A DNA stretch of 63,904 bases, the filler included, from Platydemus manokwari (Eukaryota): assembly GCA_037951405.1 (NCBI GenBank). It is 5 parts of 5 records of this genome, joined end to end, with 100 filler letters (N's around TTAATTAATTAA, not from the genome) between each part and the next. Parts side by side here need not be neighbours in the genome. Positions count along the whole stretch, not along the records: positions 26,978 to 41,077 come from JBBMOY011532522.1; positions 41,178 to 54,668 come from JBBMOY011705844.1; 3 more parts are not named here. One strand, 5' to 3'. Shown piece by piece: positions 26,978-41,255 of this stretch. The translations under genes were made by a program, and so were the position numbers. Position 1 is the first letter of the stretch, and every line of letters begins with the position of its first letter. The notes beneath the pieces are model-generated. The model ran no database searches. It saw nothing but the letters and a program-made list of their open reading frames with translations, and was not told the DNA's origin.

Positions 26978-29900
26978 ATTCAAGCACATCAAGAGTAAAC
27001 GGTATCGACATCACATTTCGCTTTGACCTTAAATATCAATTAAACGATTCATTTTTATATCTTAAACCATAAATTGAAAGTTTTATTTGATTTTCAAAAT
27101 GAAATACATTTTATAAAAGTAACGCTCTTCAATAAATAATAAATTGATATGCACTGTATTGAACATATTCCAATAAGAATATCTGACACCAATTTGGTGC
27201 ATCAGATCACCAATATCTTAATGAGAAATGAACTGGTGGGTTAGAAATATATTGTTCTAGCAACCATTTTCAACACAATAATTATCACACACATTCACAC
27301 ACACTCACACACATATATATATATTTCAGTCTTTCACTTATCCATTGTATAAAAGACTAAATTAATGAGGATAAATCATTTATAGAAAACAAATAACTTT
27401 TAATGGCAAAACGTTCCAATTATTTCTATTGAAGTATAGAAGATAGACAATAAATGATTTTCATTATAATGTATTGTCTGGCAAAGCCAATAATAACTTA
27501 TGTTATCAACAACATGAATTGGGAGCCGAACCAAAAAGTTCAGATCTTATCTAATTTTTTCAAATGAAAATTTTAAAAACATTGAATATCGTCATTATGA
27601 TTTGAAAATATAATTTCATCGAAATTTATGATAGAAAAAATGGATCTCTTATTGTTGATCCCCAGATTTGGGGACCAAAAACTAGTCCAATGGATGACAT
27701 TAGTTTATCACTCTCGATAAACAATATTAAGATTCGAAATGATCTATGAGAATTAGTGTCAAAGTTTGTCATCGACCCAGTTATTGTTTAAAGTTTTAAT
27801 TGATCAAGGTGAACTATAAATAGATCTGGAAAAGATGGTATTTTTAAGCCAATCAAATGGGATGGCTTAATGTATTTATAATACACATGCTTTCTACCAC
27901 AATGAATCACACAATCTTCGCAAACATAGATTTATGCTAGATCCATTGACAAAATACCCAGACTATTTAGTTCAATAATAATTTAGTCGATTATTTGAAA
28001 AAATGATCTGTTCAATAAATTAAAACGAATCTCAAAAACTTTAATATAAATCCCACTTGTGCAAGCATGTTATTTTCGAATGATTTAGAAAATTCTTCTG
28101 TTATTGTTAGAAAAATTGAATGTTATATACAATGAAAACCTTTAATTAGAAATCAATAAGTGAAACTGATTTGAATTGTTAAACTTATAAGGTCATTTAT
28201 TAACTATAGTTGGTGATTGTTTTTGACCATTAATTATTTAATAAGTTTAATGACAAACCCTTCATTGGTAACACAAATTATTGACATTTATGATAGAATA
28301 AATAAGTTGAAAACAATGCCATCAGAGTTGGTTTGAAAATTCATTGTTGAAAAAGGCTGGTAATATTATCTGAATAAATATTAACGTAATATTTGATAAT
28401 TGAATGAAACAATTACAACTTTGTGTTTTTATGGGCTTTTAATGTTATTCATTTCAATGTAATCCAAAACAAATTTCAAAATTGTTCCAAATCTTTAACA
28501 ATTATTTTTAAACTATTTAAAATGTTATTATACTACTTTAAGTAATAATCAGAATAAAACATCAATTTTTAATTACATATTTCGTCAAACATTTATCTCC
28601 AAGTTGACATCTACTGAATTTACACTGCTAAATTAAATTTCCTTTTATGTTTAATTTGAATATTTTTAAATACTTTTTTCAAAAATAAATTTCTAAATTT
28701 ATTTCAAATCAATATAAACATGTTTATAAACGAGTAGAACAATGTAGAGTATTGGTGATAATGAAGTATTAATGTATAAATTATCATTAATGTTTAGAAC
28801 AATCCATTAGAATAATGATGAAATGTTCTATAAAAATGAGAAATAACAAATTGTCATTTACCAAAAGTTAATTAAAAAATTTTATATCAATTTCTGAAAT
28901 TTTGTAATGGAAAGAAATAAAATCTGTGATGATTGAAGCTTATCTTCTAAAAATTAACTTGAAAATTCGACGATTAGTTTCGATGTTATTTTTAAACTAA
29001 AAGTGTGAATTTTATTTAAAAATTTGATAAATAATTAAAATTTACATAAGATTAAAATTATTAAAATTTCAGTTGAAAGATATTTTTAAAAAATTATATT
29101 AAAAATTAATATAGCATATAAATATTTATAAAAGGATCTTGCTTAAAAAAATATTGTTAAACTCTCAGTTTTAAAATTATTTAAATTAATAAAAGTAAAA
29201 TTTAAATGAAGACAAATTAGATGAAAATAAATTTCAAATTTAATATATAAAATTGGTTTCGAAAATTGATGTATTGACGAATAGAGTTTTTGTACTGTTG
29301 TAAACATGATTTTTGATTCGAATATCAAAAATAAAGAAATTTTGGCAACTAACAATCAGTAATATTTTATATTTAGAATATTCGTTTTTTTCTTATTTTG
29401 TAAGATCTTTTAAAAATATTTATCCAATCATTGGAAATGCTTTTAAACGAATTGAATATAATTCATGTACAGGTAATATGACGCCAAGACTAATTCGTAT
29501 TATTCTGAATGAAAAATAATTCATTTCTAATCTAAATTCATGTAAAGATCATTGTATCCGATGTTCTATGTATACGGTACATGATAAATTGGAGCAGTTG
29601 AGCTACAAGTCTAATATAATACATTTGTAGTACTTCTAAAAAGCATTTAACATGAAGGCATAGTAAATATTGACATTATTATAAACAACGTCTGGAAAAA
29701 ATATGTAATTAAGTCGTCGACAATTTCATTGATATCCGTACTGATCTTTTGCATTTAATGCGGTGTTTTAACAAATAAACACAATGGCTGGTAATCACCT
29801 GGTAGTAGATGCTAATCTCATTCGATTTTAATTATATTTTTGATGCGATATGTAATTATCCAACTCTTATGATTATACTACAAACAATCAATTCATTAAG

Positions 29901-31469
29901 CAGTATTTAATTATTAATATTATTTTTTATCACTGATGATTGACTTCTTTCAATGATATGTGTCACAATGAGTCTTGAAAAGCAATGAAGAAGTAATGAG
30001 AAAAAAACATTTGTAATCAACAATGCAAATATGTTCTTCAAATCACTGTAGTGGATCACTTGCTCTTGTATAATTTGTTTATTTAAATTTCATTTTAGTT
30101 TTAATTAATTCTTTAATTTTTAAATATAATTAAAAATATTATTAAATTATTTTATTATTTATTTTCACAAATTTTTAAATAATTTTCGATAAAGTTGCTT
30201 TTATTGTGTTACGCATTGAATATATTAGAATCGAATGACAAAAAATTAAAATACAATGAATTTTATTAATATTTTCAAACAATTTTTAATATAATTATAA
30301 TGTGTTTGTAATTTCAATTTTTTTGTTTTCTTTGTGCTTTTATTTTAAATATCACCAAAACATTTTTGAAAACTAATATTGAAGCTAAACTCACTCAAAA
30401 ACCCACAAGTGATTATTATTTAACCCTCATAATTATTATTTAACCCTTATATATTCATAAACAATGGCATCACTAAAGTAAGATATACATTTTGTCTCTA
30501 AGAACGATCCAAAATGTTGATTGGTACTTCCTTTTTATCAATCAATTTATTCATTTAGTAAATTAGCTGAATTTTCGTTTTGGTTATCGAAGATGCTCCA
30601 TAAATGACTGAAATTACTTTCATGAGGGTTTATTAAATTTAATGTGCTCATACTGAAAAATGATTCAAAAATTTGTCTATTAAACAAAATGATATCATAA
30701 AACCTGGTTTTGATAACTTAATTTATTTTAAATCGGCCATTTAATTAACTATTCATTAAATTGATCATTTTTGTTGTCATTTTTGGAAATGAATCAATCT
30801 TCGATGTTAATCATTCTTAAAATAATTTTTTGAATAAGTTAAGTAATAAAATATTTAAAAATATGTTATCAGCATCGATTAATGAAATATTACTAGGTCC
30901 TGACTAGCTAAACTTTTAAAATGTCTTTACAGAATATTCGAAAACTCTATCATACGAAGATATAATTTTCTTTTATCTACGAGCTCGATTCAATTTTATT
31001 GAACATTTTGAAAACTTATAATTTCTTAATTAATATTAAAAATAATTGAATTGTATATACTATGAATTTATTTCATAAATCACCATGAAAACGTTACTTG
31101 AAATCCTTTGAAGATATCCTGTATTTGTCTATTTATAGGACAAATTGACGAACGATAAAATTCTGTTTTCTCTTTGGTGTACTTCTTTGTTTTCCCATCA
31201 CTCGACAGACATTTGATTTTGTCATATGCCATGATTCTACAGCATAATAGCCACGTCAACGACATATGAAGATAAGTGAAACATTTAAATATGGTAACTG
31301 GCTGTTTCCCTCATCAATATTTGTCGGTTACATGATTTTACTGTCAATTATTTGTCGTTTAATTGATTAGTTTGTTAAATATATCAGTTACCAAATACTA
31401 CATAGACAATTTTTCAAATTTTACACTGAAAAGAAAAATAACTATGTTAAATGAAATATTTTTTAATTA

Positions 31470-32035
31470 TATCGTGCTATTCATAAGTCTCCGTCTCGAA
31501 AACTAAAACAAAACAAACAAATATTTGAAAGGTTTTATTTTTTCTTCCTTGAGATGTCTGTAAACAGAAATTTGTGAAGTCATACACACTCGTACAGTTT
31601 TGTGCAGATTTATGCCATCATTCTCTTTTACAAAATTTACCACCTTTTTCTTAATGATTTCATCAAACGGTTTTCCTGAGTGCAATTGGATAAGTTTCCA
31701 ATTTCTTCAAACTTGTGTTTCCGGTATTGCGATGTTGTCCTAGCTGGTGGCGCACGATTGAAATGTTGTTGAAATTCTTGGCAAAGCTTTGGCATTACTT
31801 TGGTCCACTATTGCATGGCTAATTATAAACACTATCCGCCAGCGAAAATTTAGAATCATCAACTACTTTCGCCATATTGTAATAATGCAACTGATTAATA
31901 AGAAATAAGAAATAAAGTACATTAATCAGTAAATAATAATTAATATCAATTAGTATAAATATGTGAGTATAAATTATATTGTGTTTTGTTGTTTTATTTT
32001 AGTCTTAGAGACGGAGACTTATGAATCTCACGATG
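31470..32035 (-). mobile_element. Internally deleted IS630/Tc1/mariner element retaining a decayed transposase N-terminus
   Basis: Imperfect TIRs of about 50 bp (core ATTCATAAGTCTCCGTCTC / GAGACGGAGACTTATGAAT), flanked by TA. Minus-strand fragments CQEFQQHFNRAPPARTT...KFEEIGNL and SVYRHLKEEKIKPFKY resemble HTH regions of Tc1/mariner-type transposases. Confidence 0.82.
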
Positions 32036-32109
32036 TATATATATATATAATGCACAACACTAAAATAATTATAATAATTCTCAATAAAATTATCAAAATT
32101 TATATTTAG

Positions 32110-35100
32110 AACGCTTTTAAAAAAAGGCAAATGTATGAGAGTTTGCTACAAACTGTAAATCTTCTTGGAGAACTTAGCCCATATGATCGAACAAATGTGG
32201 CTGATGCATTAATGTCACGGACATATGAAGATGGCGAAATGATTTTGGAACAGGGTAAACCCGGCATGGAAATGTTTTTCATTGAAAGTGGAAAAGTCAG
32301 AGTTATGCGTGATTCGAAGGTTTGTGTGGTATTAGAATTTATTAAGAATTTTCTCGTATAAATTTCCTTTCGATATTTATTTTGAACAACTATTGATTTA
32401 TTAATTAATTTGTGGCAAATTCTGAAATATTTTTTCTCTTCACTCATAAAATACAGAATGCAATGAAAAGAAAATTTCCATGCCTCTAACTTGTATCAGT
32501 CATTTTTTTCTCTAATTACATGTATGTGTTCATTTTAATGAAAATATTGTAGTCTTCTGGAATGATATTGTATAGAACACTGATTTGTTGATTGTTTTTA
32601 AAAAATTTCGAATATTTCACAAAATATTGTTTAAAATTCGATATTTATGGTTAATATAATTCAAAATATTATTAGTTTGTTTATTAAATATTCTGCAAAA
32701 AAGCGACACTTTGAAGGAAACTGAAAAAGTTTTTTCAAATTTTAAATTGAAGGAAAATCTTAAACATAAATTCATTCTATACACTTCAAAGACATACTTA
32801 ATATTTCGGAAATTTTTATTTTTCAAATGATGAAGTCATTGAAAACATTTTGTAATAATTATAAATCCATTATCAAACCAATTATTTTTTTTCATTCGCT
32901 GTTATATCGATTGATGTTTTGATATTTTATGAAACTCATTTTTTTTGCATTTATACACTAAATTTCGATGTTTAAACGCTATTTACATCGCTTTGCTTTT
33001 CAATTTATATTTATTAATTTCTTTAATTCCAATTTGTTATTGTTAGATTTTATTTATTTTAAAGAATTTATGAAAAGTAATGAGAACTATTTTTTCTATC
33101 TGTTATTTATACCTTGAAATTAATTACTTTTTCCGAACTCATTTCGTTGTTTAAAAATTTGCAATTTTTGCTATAAAACATAATTTCTGATTTATAATAA
33201 AAGCCGATTGCGAATCAGTATGTTTGCTCAATATATCTGATTAATATTTATATCATGGTTATCAATATTTATTGGAATTATCTAGATTGCACTAATCAAT
33301 CTCAGTTCGTGTCCGGTTTCACACATTTTTATTGCTTATGATCAATTTATATGGTCATGAATAATGGAATTTATTTTATCAGAATTAATTATTTTTCCTT
33401 TGGTTTATTGTTAGAAAGAGAAACTATGCTTTTTATTTCATTTCACTTGATTTTGGTATTTTAAAGCTGAATGTTATGAAGAAATTTTCTATCTTAAACA
33501 TCTTTTTTTTAATCTTAACATTGAGTTAACTTTTGAATTAATTAATTTCATCAATGTTCAGGATGGATCTCCGCCGAAGGAAGTCAACCGCTTGCAAAAA
33601 GGAGATTATTTTGGTGGTAATCTTAACTTTTTCAATAGAATTGAATTTTTCGTTTCACGTTCTCTGTTATTAAAAATCTTTTAAACTGAAGTCGTGCGAT
33701 TAAATATGGAATGCAATAGATTATTTAGTTAAAGTTGTTTCTTGTATATCAGTGATTTTTAAAGAAAATATAGTTAATATAAATATATCGATACGACTTA
33801 AACAAAGATGGTATTTTCTTATTGATTAGCTTACGCTTTCTTTGTGTGTCGATTCATATGATGTGAAATTCTGAATTGAGATTAATGCTGTAACAGCAAT
33901 ATGGATCTGTAGTGTTTTCTAAGGACGAAGACTGAACGGCATTGATAAATATTCAGCAAAGAGACTTGCTTTAACTTGCATCTAAGAATAACTCATCATA
34001 GTCAATGTCATTGATTAGATTCTAATAGATTCTAATTCTTTTAAGAGAATAAAAATAATTTGTCTATCAGCCGAATTGATATTTTCAATGTTATACTATA
34101 GAATTAATTAGCTTATTTAGCAGTGCACACACTCTTTATTCGTATGGAAAAAGTTTCTTTAAAAGAGTGAATTAGAGCTTATTAAAATATGTAATTAGGT
34201 TGTTCTCAACACAACCCTACTAGCGACATATAATTATATTGATATTTTTAGAACTACGCGGATATCCAATTCTCTTCTCCACAGTTTCTATTCATTTATT
34301 ATTTTAATTTACATAATTTTTAAAATTAGATTATGTGTAAACATTTCTTTATTTATAGAAGTTGCTTTACTTATTAAAGAGCCTCGGCTTGCTTCAGTGT
34401 ATGCTGTGGGTAAAACGACAGTTGCAGGTGTGTAAAAATATTTATTGTTTTGATGAAAATCCATTTTTATTTGGCACTTTGAATTACTATTTTCAATTAT
34501 TTTTAAATTAAAATTAAAAAATTAAAATTTAACCAATGAAAATTCTCACTAATAGAAATTTTATTTTTAAAAGAAAATATTTATTTAAAAACCATTTATA
34601 ACTAATTGATTTATACTCGTAAGTTATAAATCATGAAGTTTTGTTGAAATAATTTATGATTTCGAATCAATGTTTGAGTTACAGTCCTTATTCTTTGTAA
34701 AAGTAAAGCTCTATTTTTAGTCGATAGGAATTTTTCTCCGTTGGGATTTGCTAAGTCATAAAATAAATGTTTTCTCACTATTTTAAAGTAGCCGTAGAGA
34801 AATAATAGAGGGATAAAAACAAATTAACAAAAGTAATTAACGCTCACTTTGTTATATACTGACCACTGATTTATTTTAACGTCTATTAAATTATCGCTTT
34901 AGAAACGTTTGTAAATACAATCAGACTCGCATTCTCAGTTCCGGAAAAAATAGTTATATTAATTTACGATAAATTAATTCAAAATAACCAAATACAAGCA
35001 ATGAGAAATCTTATATTCACTTATAGTGTTCAACCAATCATAATTAGTCAAATTAGAACCAGCAAATTAATTTTTGTTACCTTTTACAAATTTTGATCAT

Positions 35101-35922
35101 CTTTTGTAAATTACGTGATAATTATACAACCAATCAAATTTAACTACAAAAAATTACTATTATTGATTAAAATATATTGTTATGTATTTTTATTATTAAA
35201 CTGACATTATAGACTGATACCGAGTTTCACATTATTATTTGGTTATTAAATATTTTAAATCATATTTTCTAATTTTTTCTGTTTATTTGATATATTTTAG
35301 CTCTATATTTAGTTTCTATTGGCGACGTCTTTTGGTTTTGTTCTTTTCAGTATATTGATTTTAAAATCATTTATTTTTTGAAAGAGTTATTTTATTTCTC
35401 ATTTTTTCACATAAATGTTTGGAACATCTATTAATGTTTTTCAAGTGTGTGTTTTATCTGTAATTTCATACAAATTTTCTAACCAATACAGATAGATTAA
35501 TTGTTGTCAAGTTTGAGATCTTAGAACAGTAGCTCTTTCATTTTTACATTCATATTAATATATGCGTATCTTTGAGGACATTGATGGACCTCATTTAACG
35601 CGATTTGATTGCAAAGAATCACTGAATATTAAATTTTTAACAACATTATCAAATGCTTAATTTAATAATCTATAAGTTGAATAAGATTGTGTGTAATTTG
35701 TTGTGAGATTACGGTCATAATTTCACTTAGATTTGTGAAGGAAATTATATTCGAGTTTAAAGCTTTTTATTGTTAATTGTAGTTTTGGATATTAAAAGCT
35801 TCGAGAGGCTTTTGGGACCTTGTATCAATTTAATGAAGAAAAATCTCCCGAAATATCAAGATCAGTTACGTGCTATCCTAGGTTCTAAGGTTGAAGAACT
35901 AGTACCAGAATTATCGCGCTAA
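32110..35922 (+). CDS. PRKAR2: cAMP-dependent protein kinase type II regulatory subunit, last four exons (CNB-B domain), 5'-partial
   Basis: Exons 32110-32319, 33562-33616, 34359-34427 and 35783-35922 (TAA) splice in frame. They read AFKKRQMYESLL...NVADAL...FFIESGKV...GDYFGEVALLIKEPRLASVYAVG...LDIKSFERLLGPCINLMKKN...YQDQL. CNB-A and dimerisation exons were not found in this contig. Confidence 0.9.
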
Positions 35923-38900
35923 AAATAATGTATCGCGATACGAGTAAAGTCTGAATAAAATATATTCAATAAAAATTTGTTTAGTACTTGTCTGTGAACT
36001 TTGGTGGAGCCTTTGATATTGAATATTGTAATTTTGCGCTCCAAAAGTTATTAAATGAGATTTCTTTGTTGATATATTGATAATATTGGATATGTTAATC
36101 CCAAATAAATGTTGACAAATCTTTTTATATGTGATTGTTATCTTGTTATGATTTATAATAGAAACAATATATTGTTATTATTTCTTTTAGTTTATCTATC
36201 TAAATACACCGTTATGGATTCTGTTTAAAAATAAACAATAAGTTGTCATTCTACGTTTAATTTTTTTTGCGAATATTCTAATTTACATGGTAGAATTTAT
36301 CTTTTTTGAGTTTTTCTAAATTCTGCCAACTAGAATTTCTTGTTTATCTTGGCTTGAAGAATTTGATTTGACTGTGCTTCTTGCAAATATTGTGATAGAA
36401 AACATTTGTAAAGAATCCATAAATAAGATTCAATGACTAGTCTGTGTTTAACGTCATGAGATAGTCTAATTTGTATCCACCAAAAAAATGCGTAAGCATC
36501 AATAGGTGGGCCTACCTTTGATTCAAAATAGAAAAGTATCTTGTAATTGCTTCAGTCTCTATTTTCTTACTCAAATATTCGGGTTAATTTAGATTTATTT
36601 ATTCTGACCAATATTGGGAAACATATGGTATAGCATCTACAATGATAAAAATACTGGTATTTTGTATCACAAATTAGAATATTATAACTAGGCCTGATAT
36701 GATGACATAGATACATAGATTTAAAAAGAATAGAATGACTACTATATATATATGGTATATATGTGTGTGTGTTGGGACACCCATCCAACTCAAGCTAGAT
36801 AATCAAAGCTACGTCCACATAATACAGCACCTTAATTGTATATAACAACATTACCCTTATCAGAACTCATGTATCTAACAATTAGAATCTTTGACTATGG
36901 GTAAGTGAGCACAGAACCAAAAAGCAACTCCCAAGATAAAATCAAGATGCAGACAGACTGACATGCCAATTTATATTAATATGTTTCTGTCATCGTAGTG
37001 TCAATAACAATTCTGTTTTGATTCATTCAATTTGGTGTTGAAAACAATTGTATTTTTATTGTCGTATACAATAACAATTCTGTTTATTCAATTTAGTAAT
37101 TTCTATATTTATATTATGTAAGAAAGTGAACGGAAAGAGGAAGTTTTGACAGATTAAAATAAATAATAAAATCAAATAAAATATAAAATTAATAGGAAAA
37201 ATTGAATAAAAATAAATAAAAGTACAATTATTTTAAAGAAGTAACACAAAAATTAAGGAATAGCACGTTCAGGAAATACCCGAATGAACATCTAATATCA
37301 GCATATTTTGTGAAGCGGTAAATTCGTCAACAGGCATATTCTTGTCATCAGTAATAATAGTCATATGAGATAGAGTTGTAATGCATTCAATTATCATGAG
37401 AATTTTAATAATAAAATCTGTTTAAATTATAAGAATTGTAAAAGATTCAAGAATTTATGAGACTTGCAATAGATTCCATTAATTAATTATCTTCCTCTTG
37501 AAATTATGAAAGTTACAAATTAATCTGCAAATTGATCAATTATCAATAGTCAACTTGATATTCACGGTTTTGAACATGCGATTCAATATGAAATAATCAA
37601 TATTATATATTCTTGTCATCGACACGTTTTCAATTGTACTCGTCAGTTCTTGAGCGGAGTAAGTATTTTGTTTAGTATTTATATTTTCCTTTAATTTGTG
37701 ATGATTAATTAATTCGAATTTTAAATTTTTAACTATTATAATTTTATTACTAATTAACATCTGTTGAAACTGAAACTTTTATTGTTTGCCCACTGCTCTG
37801 TCTGCTTACGAATTTGTCAACTACTTGCTTTGACTATTCGACTAGAATTTGTTTGTTATTACTTCGGCTATTGTTCATTTTTATAATCTAAACATATGGA
37901 TTCATAAATCACCTCTTGTATTGAATTTTGTAGTGGTATTAAACGATAGTGACAAAGTGATGTAGTGCATTTACCACACTTTAAACAATGTTAATTATTA
38001 ACTCATGTAATCTAAACGTTAATTTATCTATTAAATTCAGAAACTAATCAACCAACTCATTTTTTCATCATAAAATGTATCTTTAGATATTTTTAAATAT
38101 ATTTACAGATAGCGTGATCAAATTAAAAGTAAAATATAAAACATAAATCAGTAAAAAGTCATAAACAGCAGTGAATCCAATAGTTATTTTATGAATTAAG
38201 AAAATTATTAGCAGCCAAGAAAGAGTGACATAACGGCGTTTATAATTCAATAAAAAGTATCTTAATAAAATTAAATAAATTTGGATATATAACAAAATCC
38301 AGAAAAAATAAAATCCTTAGGAATTATTTTTCTAATTTTTTTATGAGAAAATGAACAAAGTGGTGAGCAAATTCGATAAAAAAATTTTCAAATTTAAACA
38401 TGAAATTAAAGAAGAAGATTTATATAATATTAATCCATCGACAAATAAATTCAATGATATTGTTTTTGAATCTCAATAAATTTCAAATCCCGTCGATATT
38501 TGTAATTGTTTAAAGATATGAAATTGAATTCGAGGAAGTAAATTAAGTTGATTAGAATATAACTTAAAAAAAATAATTTCATTCCAAATTTATTTAACTC
38601 AGTGAGATTAACATTGGGAACTCATGAAATTTGAAAATATTATGTTGGAGAAGTATCAAGTAAATTAAACTTCAAGAAATATTTATTAATCAAGAAATTT
38701 GTAAAATAAAACCTTTAACTTATACATAAAGTGTTTTAAGGAAAAAATTTTCTTCGGAGATTTTATCAAAATGAATTGATTAAAACAAATTTTAGATAAA
38801 CATTTCAATTTGCGTTGATCAGTCGTTTAAATCCCATCTAACTTTTATTTTCTACAGAATAGAATTTTTATGGAAAATAGTCTGACCTGATGGAGTAAAC

Positions 38901-39739
38901 ATCGTAGGTCACGAAGTTGTTTTCAAAATTTAAACCGAAATAATATTCGAAAAGATATTCCCTTTAAAAGTTTTAAGTGTCAATAAAAAATAATTTTAGG
39001 CACAATAATCTATTTATAATGATAAGTAGTTAATTAATTAATTAATAATAATTAATAATAAAAAATATACAGCCAGATTTATTTATTGTGATTTTTTATT
39101 TATTTTTGTTGATGTTACCACAATCCGTTTTGTGTTCATTCAGTTGGAAACTCAGTAGATTTTTAATAAATTATATTCGGAACATATTTTTACAATTATT
39201 TTAACGCATTAACCTATAAACTGTCCTGGAACATTTTGTTTTGATAATTATAATTTGATTTTTCTCTATATTTTATACTCGTTTATCCTTTCAAATACTT
39301 ATCCAAATTTAATTCCGATAACAAATTTGAATTCCCTTTTTCATTTTCTGTCGAAATGTAACAAAATATTAAAAAAAAATTGAAAAATGTGGTGTCCACG
39401 GGAATCGATCCTCAAGCAAATAAAGTTGTAAAAAATCCTGAACAACTAAATAAATTTACGCCTAATGGTTAACGAAAATTCAAACCTTAACCTTTGACAA
39501 TCCAGACAATTTTGTGAATTCCACAATCCAGTTCCCACTTCGACAATCCAAGCAATTTGATAAAAATTTGATGACTTAATAATTTGATTCTTTTGAGCTT
39601 TGAACAATGTAAATAACTGTAATAATTTAGATGATGTAACATTTTTATGATTTGAAATCATTTATGAAGTTGAGTAAAAATATATGATATTAAAAATACG
39701 TGGATGAAATATATTTATATATTATGTGGATAAAATATA

Positions 39740-40785
39740 TGTGTTCGATTTTTGGATGAGTCTCTTTCTAGTTTATTACTTTTTCAATGACAGTTGAATT
39801 TATTTGGGCAATATCAGAGTTAGATCAGTCTCACGGAGTTCTTATAATCCCAGGTATCAAATAAACCTATTGTTTTATGATCTTTCTTCGCCTTGATCGT
39901 ATCAATCCTCGTATGAAGACGGGATGAACTGCTCATATTGCTTTATTAATTATCAGTCTCAAATTATGGTTATTATTATTTGCCTCTATACACCTTTCCA
40001 CAAATGTGGTGAAATGATAATGTAATGATTCTTTAGAGATAATGAAATTATGCTTATGACACTCGCCAAATTCAAAACCAACGTGTTTATGTTTATACAC
40101 TTTTATTATTTTTAAATTACACTATGAATTACTACTTTTATGCAATTAGCTATGGTTAAATATGAACGATACTTGTATACACTTAAATGGACAGAGATTT
40201 TCAATTTTGGAGAAAAGTTCGATAAAAAATGCTATCGAGAGGAGTAGAACCGATTGTTCAAGACGGTTGGGATTAACCCGATAAATAAGAAGAATATGCG
40301 TCTTTGGATATAAATAAATCATGATTTTACAAGTATTGTATCTTACTCGTTCTTTGGATCCTATCAATCAGGTCGAATATCAACATTTAATTGATCTTCC
40401 AGATGAACTGGGAATATGATTGATACAAGTGTTGGGAAAACCCCTCTAACGCCCCAAGCACGTCTTACTATATACCATCGGACGCCCTAAGTACATCTTA
40501 CCATATACAACCCGACGCCCCAAGCACGTCGTATCATGTACCACCTAATGCTCCAACCACAGCCACAAATGCAAATGAGAGAATTGAACTAGATCAGGAT
40601 GGCAACTGGGATGGAACGGTTTATCCTGGGAATAAGCCCGAGAAGGTTAGCCGGAAGGAACCCCAGGAGACGGTCAAGACAGAGCCAACAATCCCAGTGG
40701 ACCCAAGAGAAGACCATTCCCGATGGTGGGGAATGCACAAGAGGGTAGACCTAGACGAACAATATGATCTAGGATTCTTATAAAC
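39740..40785 (+). mobile_element. Decayed LTR-retrotransposon (Gypsy-like) pol relic
   Basis: An RT-like fragment F-Q-*-QLNYLGNI lies near 39780-39815. The 3' part is GC-richer with a GRPRRTI-like basic tail. There are many stops. Confidence 0.4.
40449..40558 (+). repeat. 33-bp tandem minisatellite, about 3.3 copies
   Basis: Units start at 40449, 40482 and 40515 (ACGCCCCAAGCACGTC...). Confidence 0.85.
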
Positions 40786-41077
40786 ATTGATTTTTACATT
40801 TGATTTGATTCTTACATTGTCTATAATCTATATCTTATTTTATGTAATTCTCAAGTCCTTCCTTTTAAATGTATACTGTATTAAATATCTGTATAATGTA
40901 TTTGTTGCAAATTATATTTTTAATGAAAATTATGGTAGAAATTTTAATGATAATAAAAGTTAAAATAATTCGGACAACAAAAATAATAAATAACGCGCCC
41001 AAAATAATAATAATAGAAAAATAAATTTAATTTATATAGAATTTTAGAAATGTGTTTAAGTGAGCTAATAATATATA

Positions 41078-41177
41078 NNNNNNNNNNNNNNNNNNNNNNN
41101 NNNNNNNNNNNNNNNNNNNNNTTAATTAATTAANNNNNNNNNNNNNNNNNNNNNNNNNNNNNNNNNNNNNNNNNNNN
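41078..41177. other. Assembly spacer
   Basis: N44-TTAATTAATTAA-N44. Confidence 0.97.
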
Positions 41178-41190
41178 TTATTATTATTAA

Positions 41191-41251
<61 letters not shown>
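41178..41251. repeat. (ATT)n microsatellite
   Basis: Read directly. It runs into the TTTTAG acceptor at 41255. Confidence 0.95.
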
Positions 41252-41255
41252 TTAG

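Noticed and set aside
39383-39418. tRNA-like 3' end on the minus strand (GGATCGATTCCCGTGGACACCA followed by a T-run)
   Set aside because: There is no A-box/D-arm or matching 5' acceptor strand, and the T-stem pairs poorly. At most it is a SINE or tRNA-derived scrap.
40449-40558. 33-bp repeats as a possible CRISPR-like array
   Set aside because: They are head-to-tail units with no unique spacers, in a eukaryotic retroelement context.
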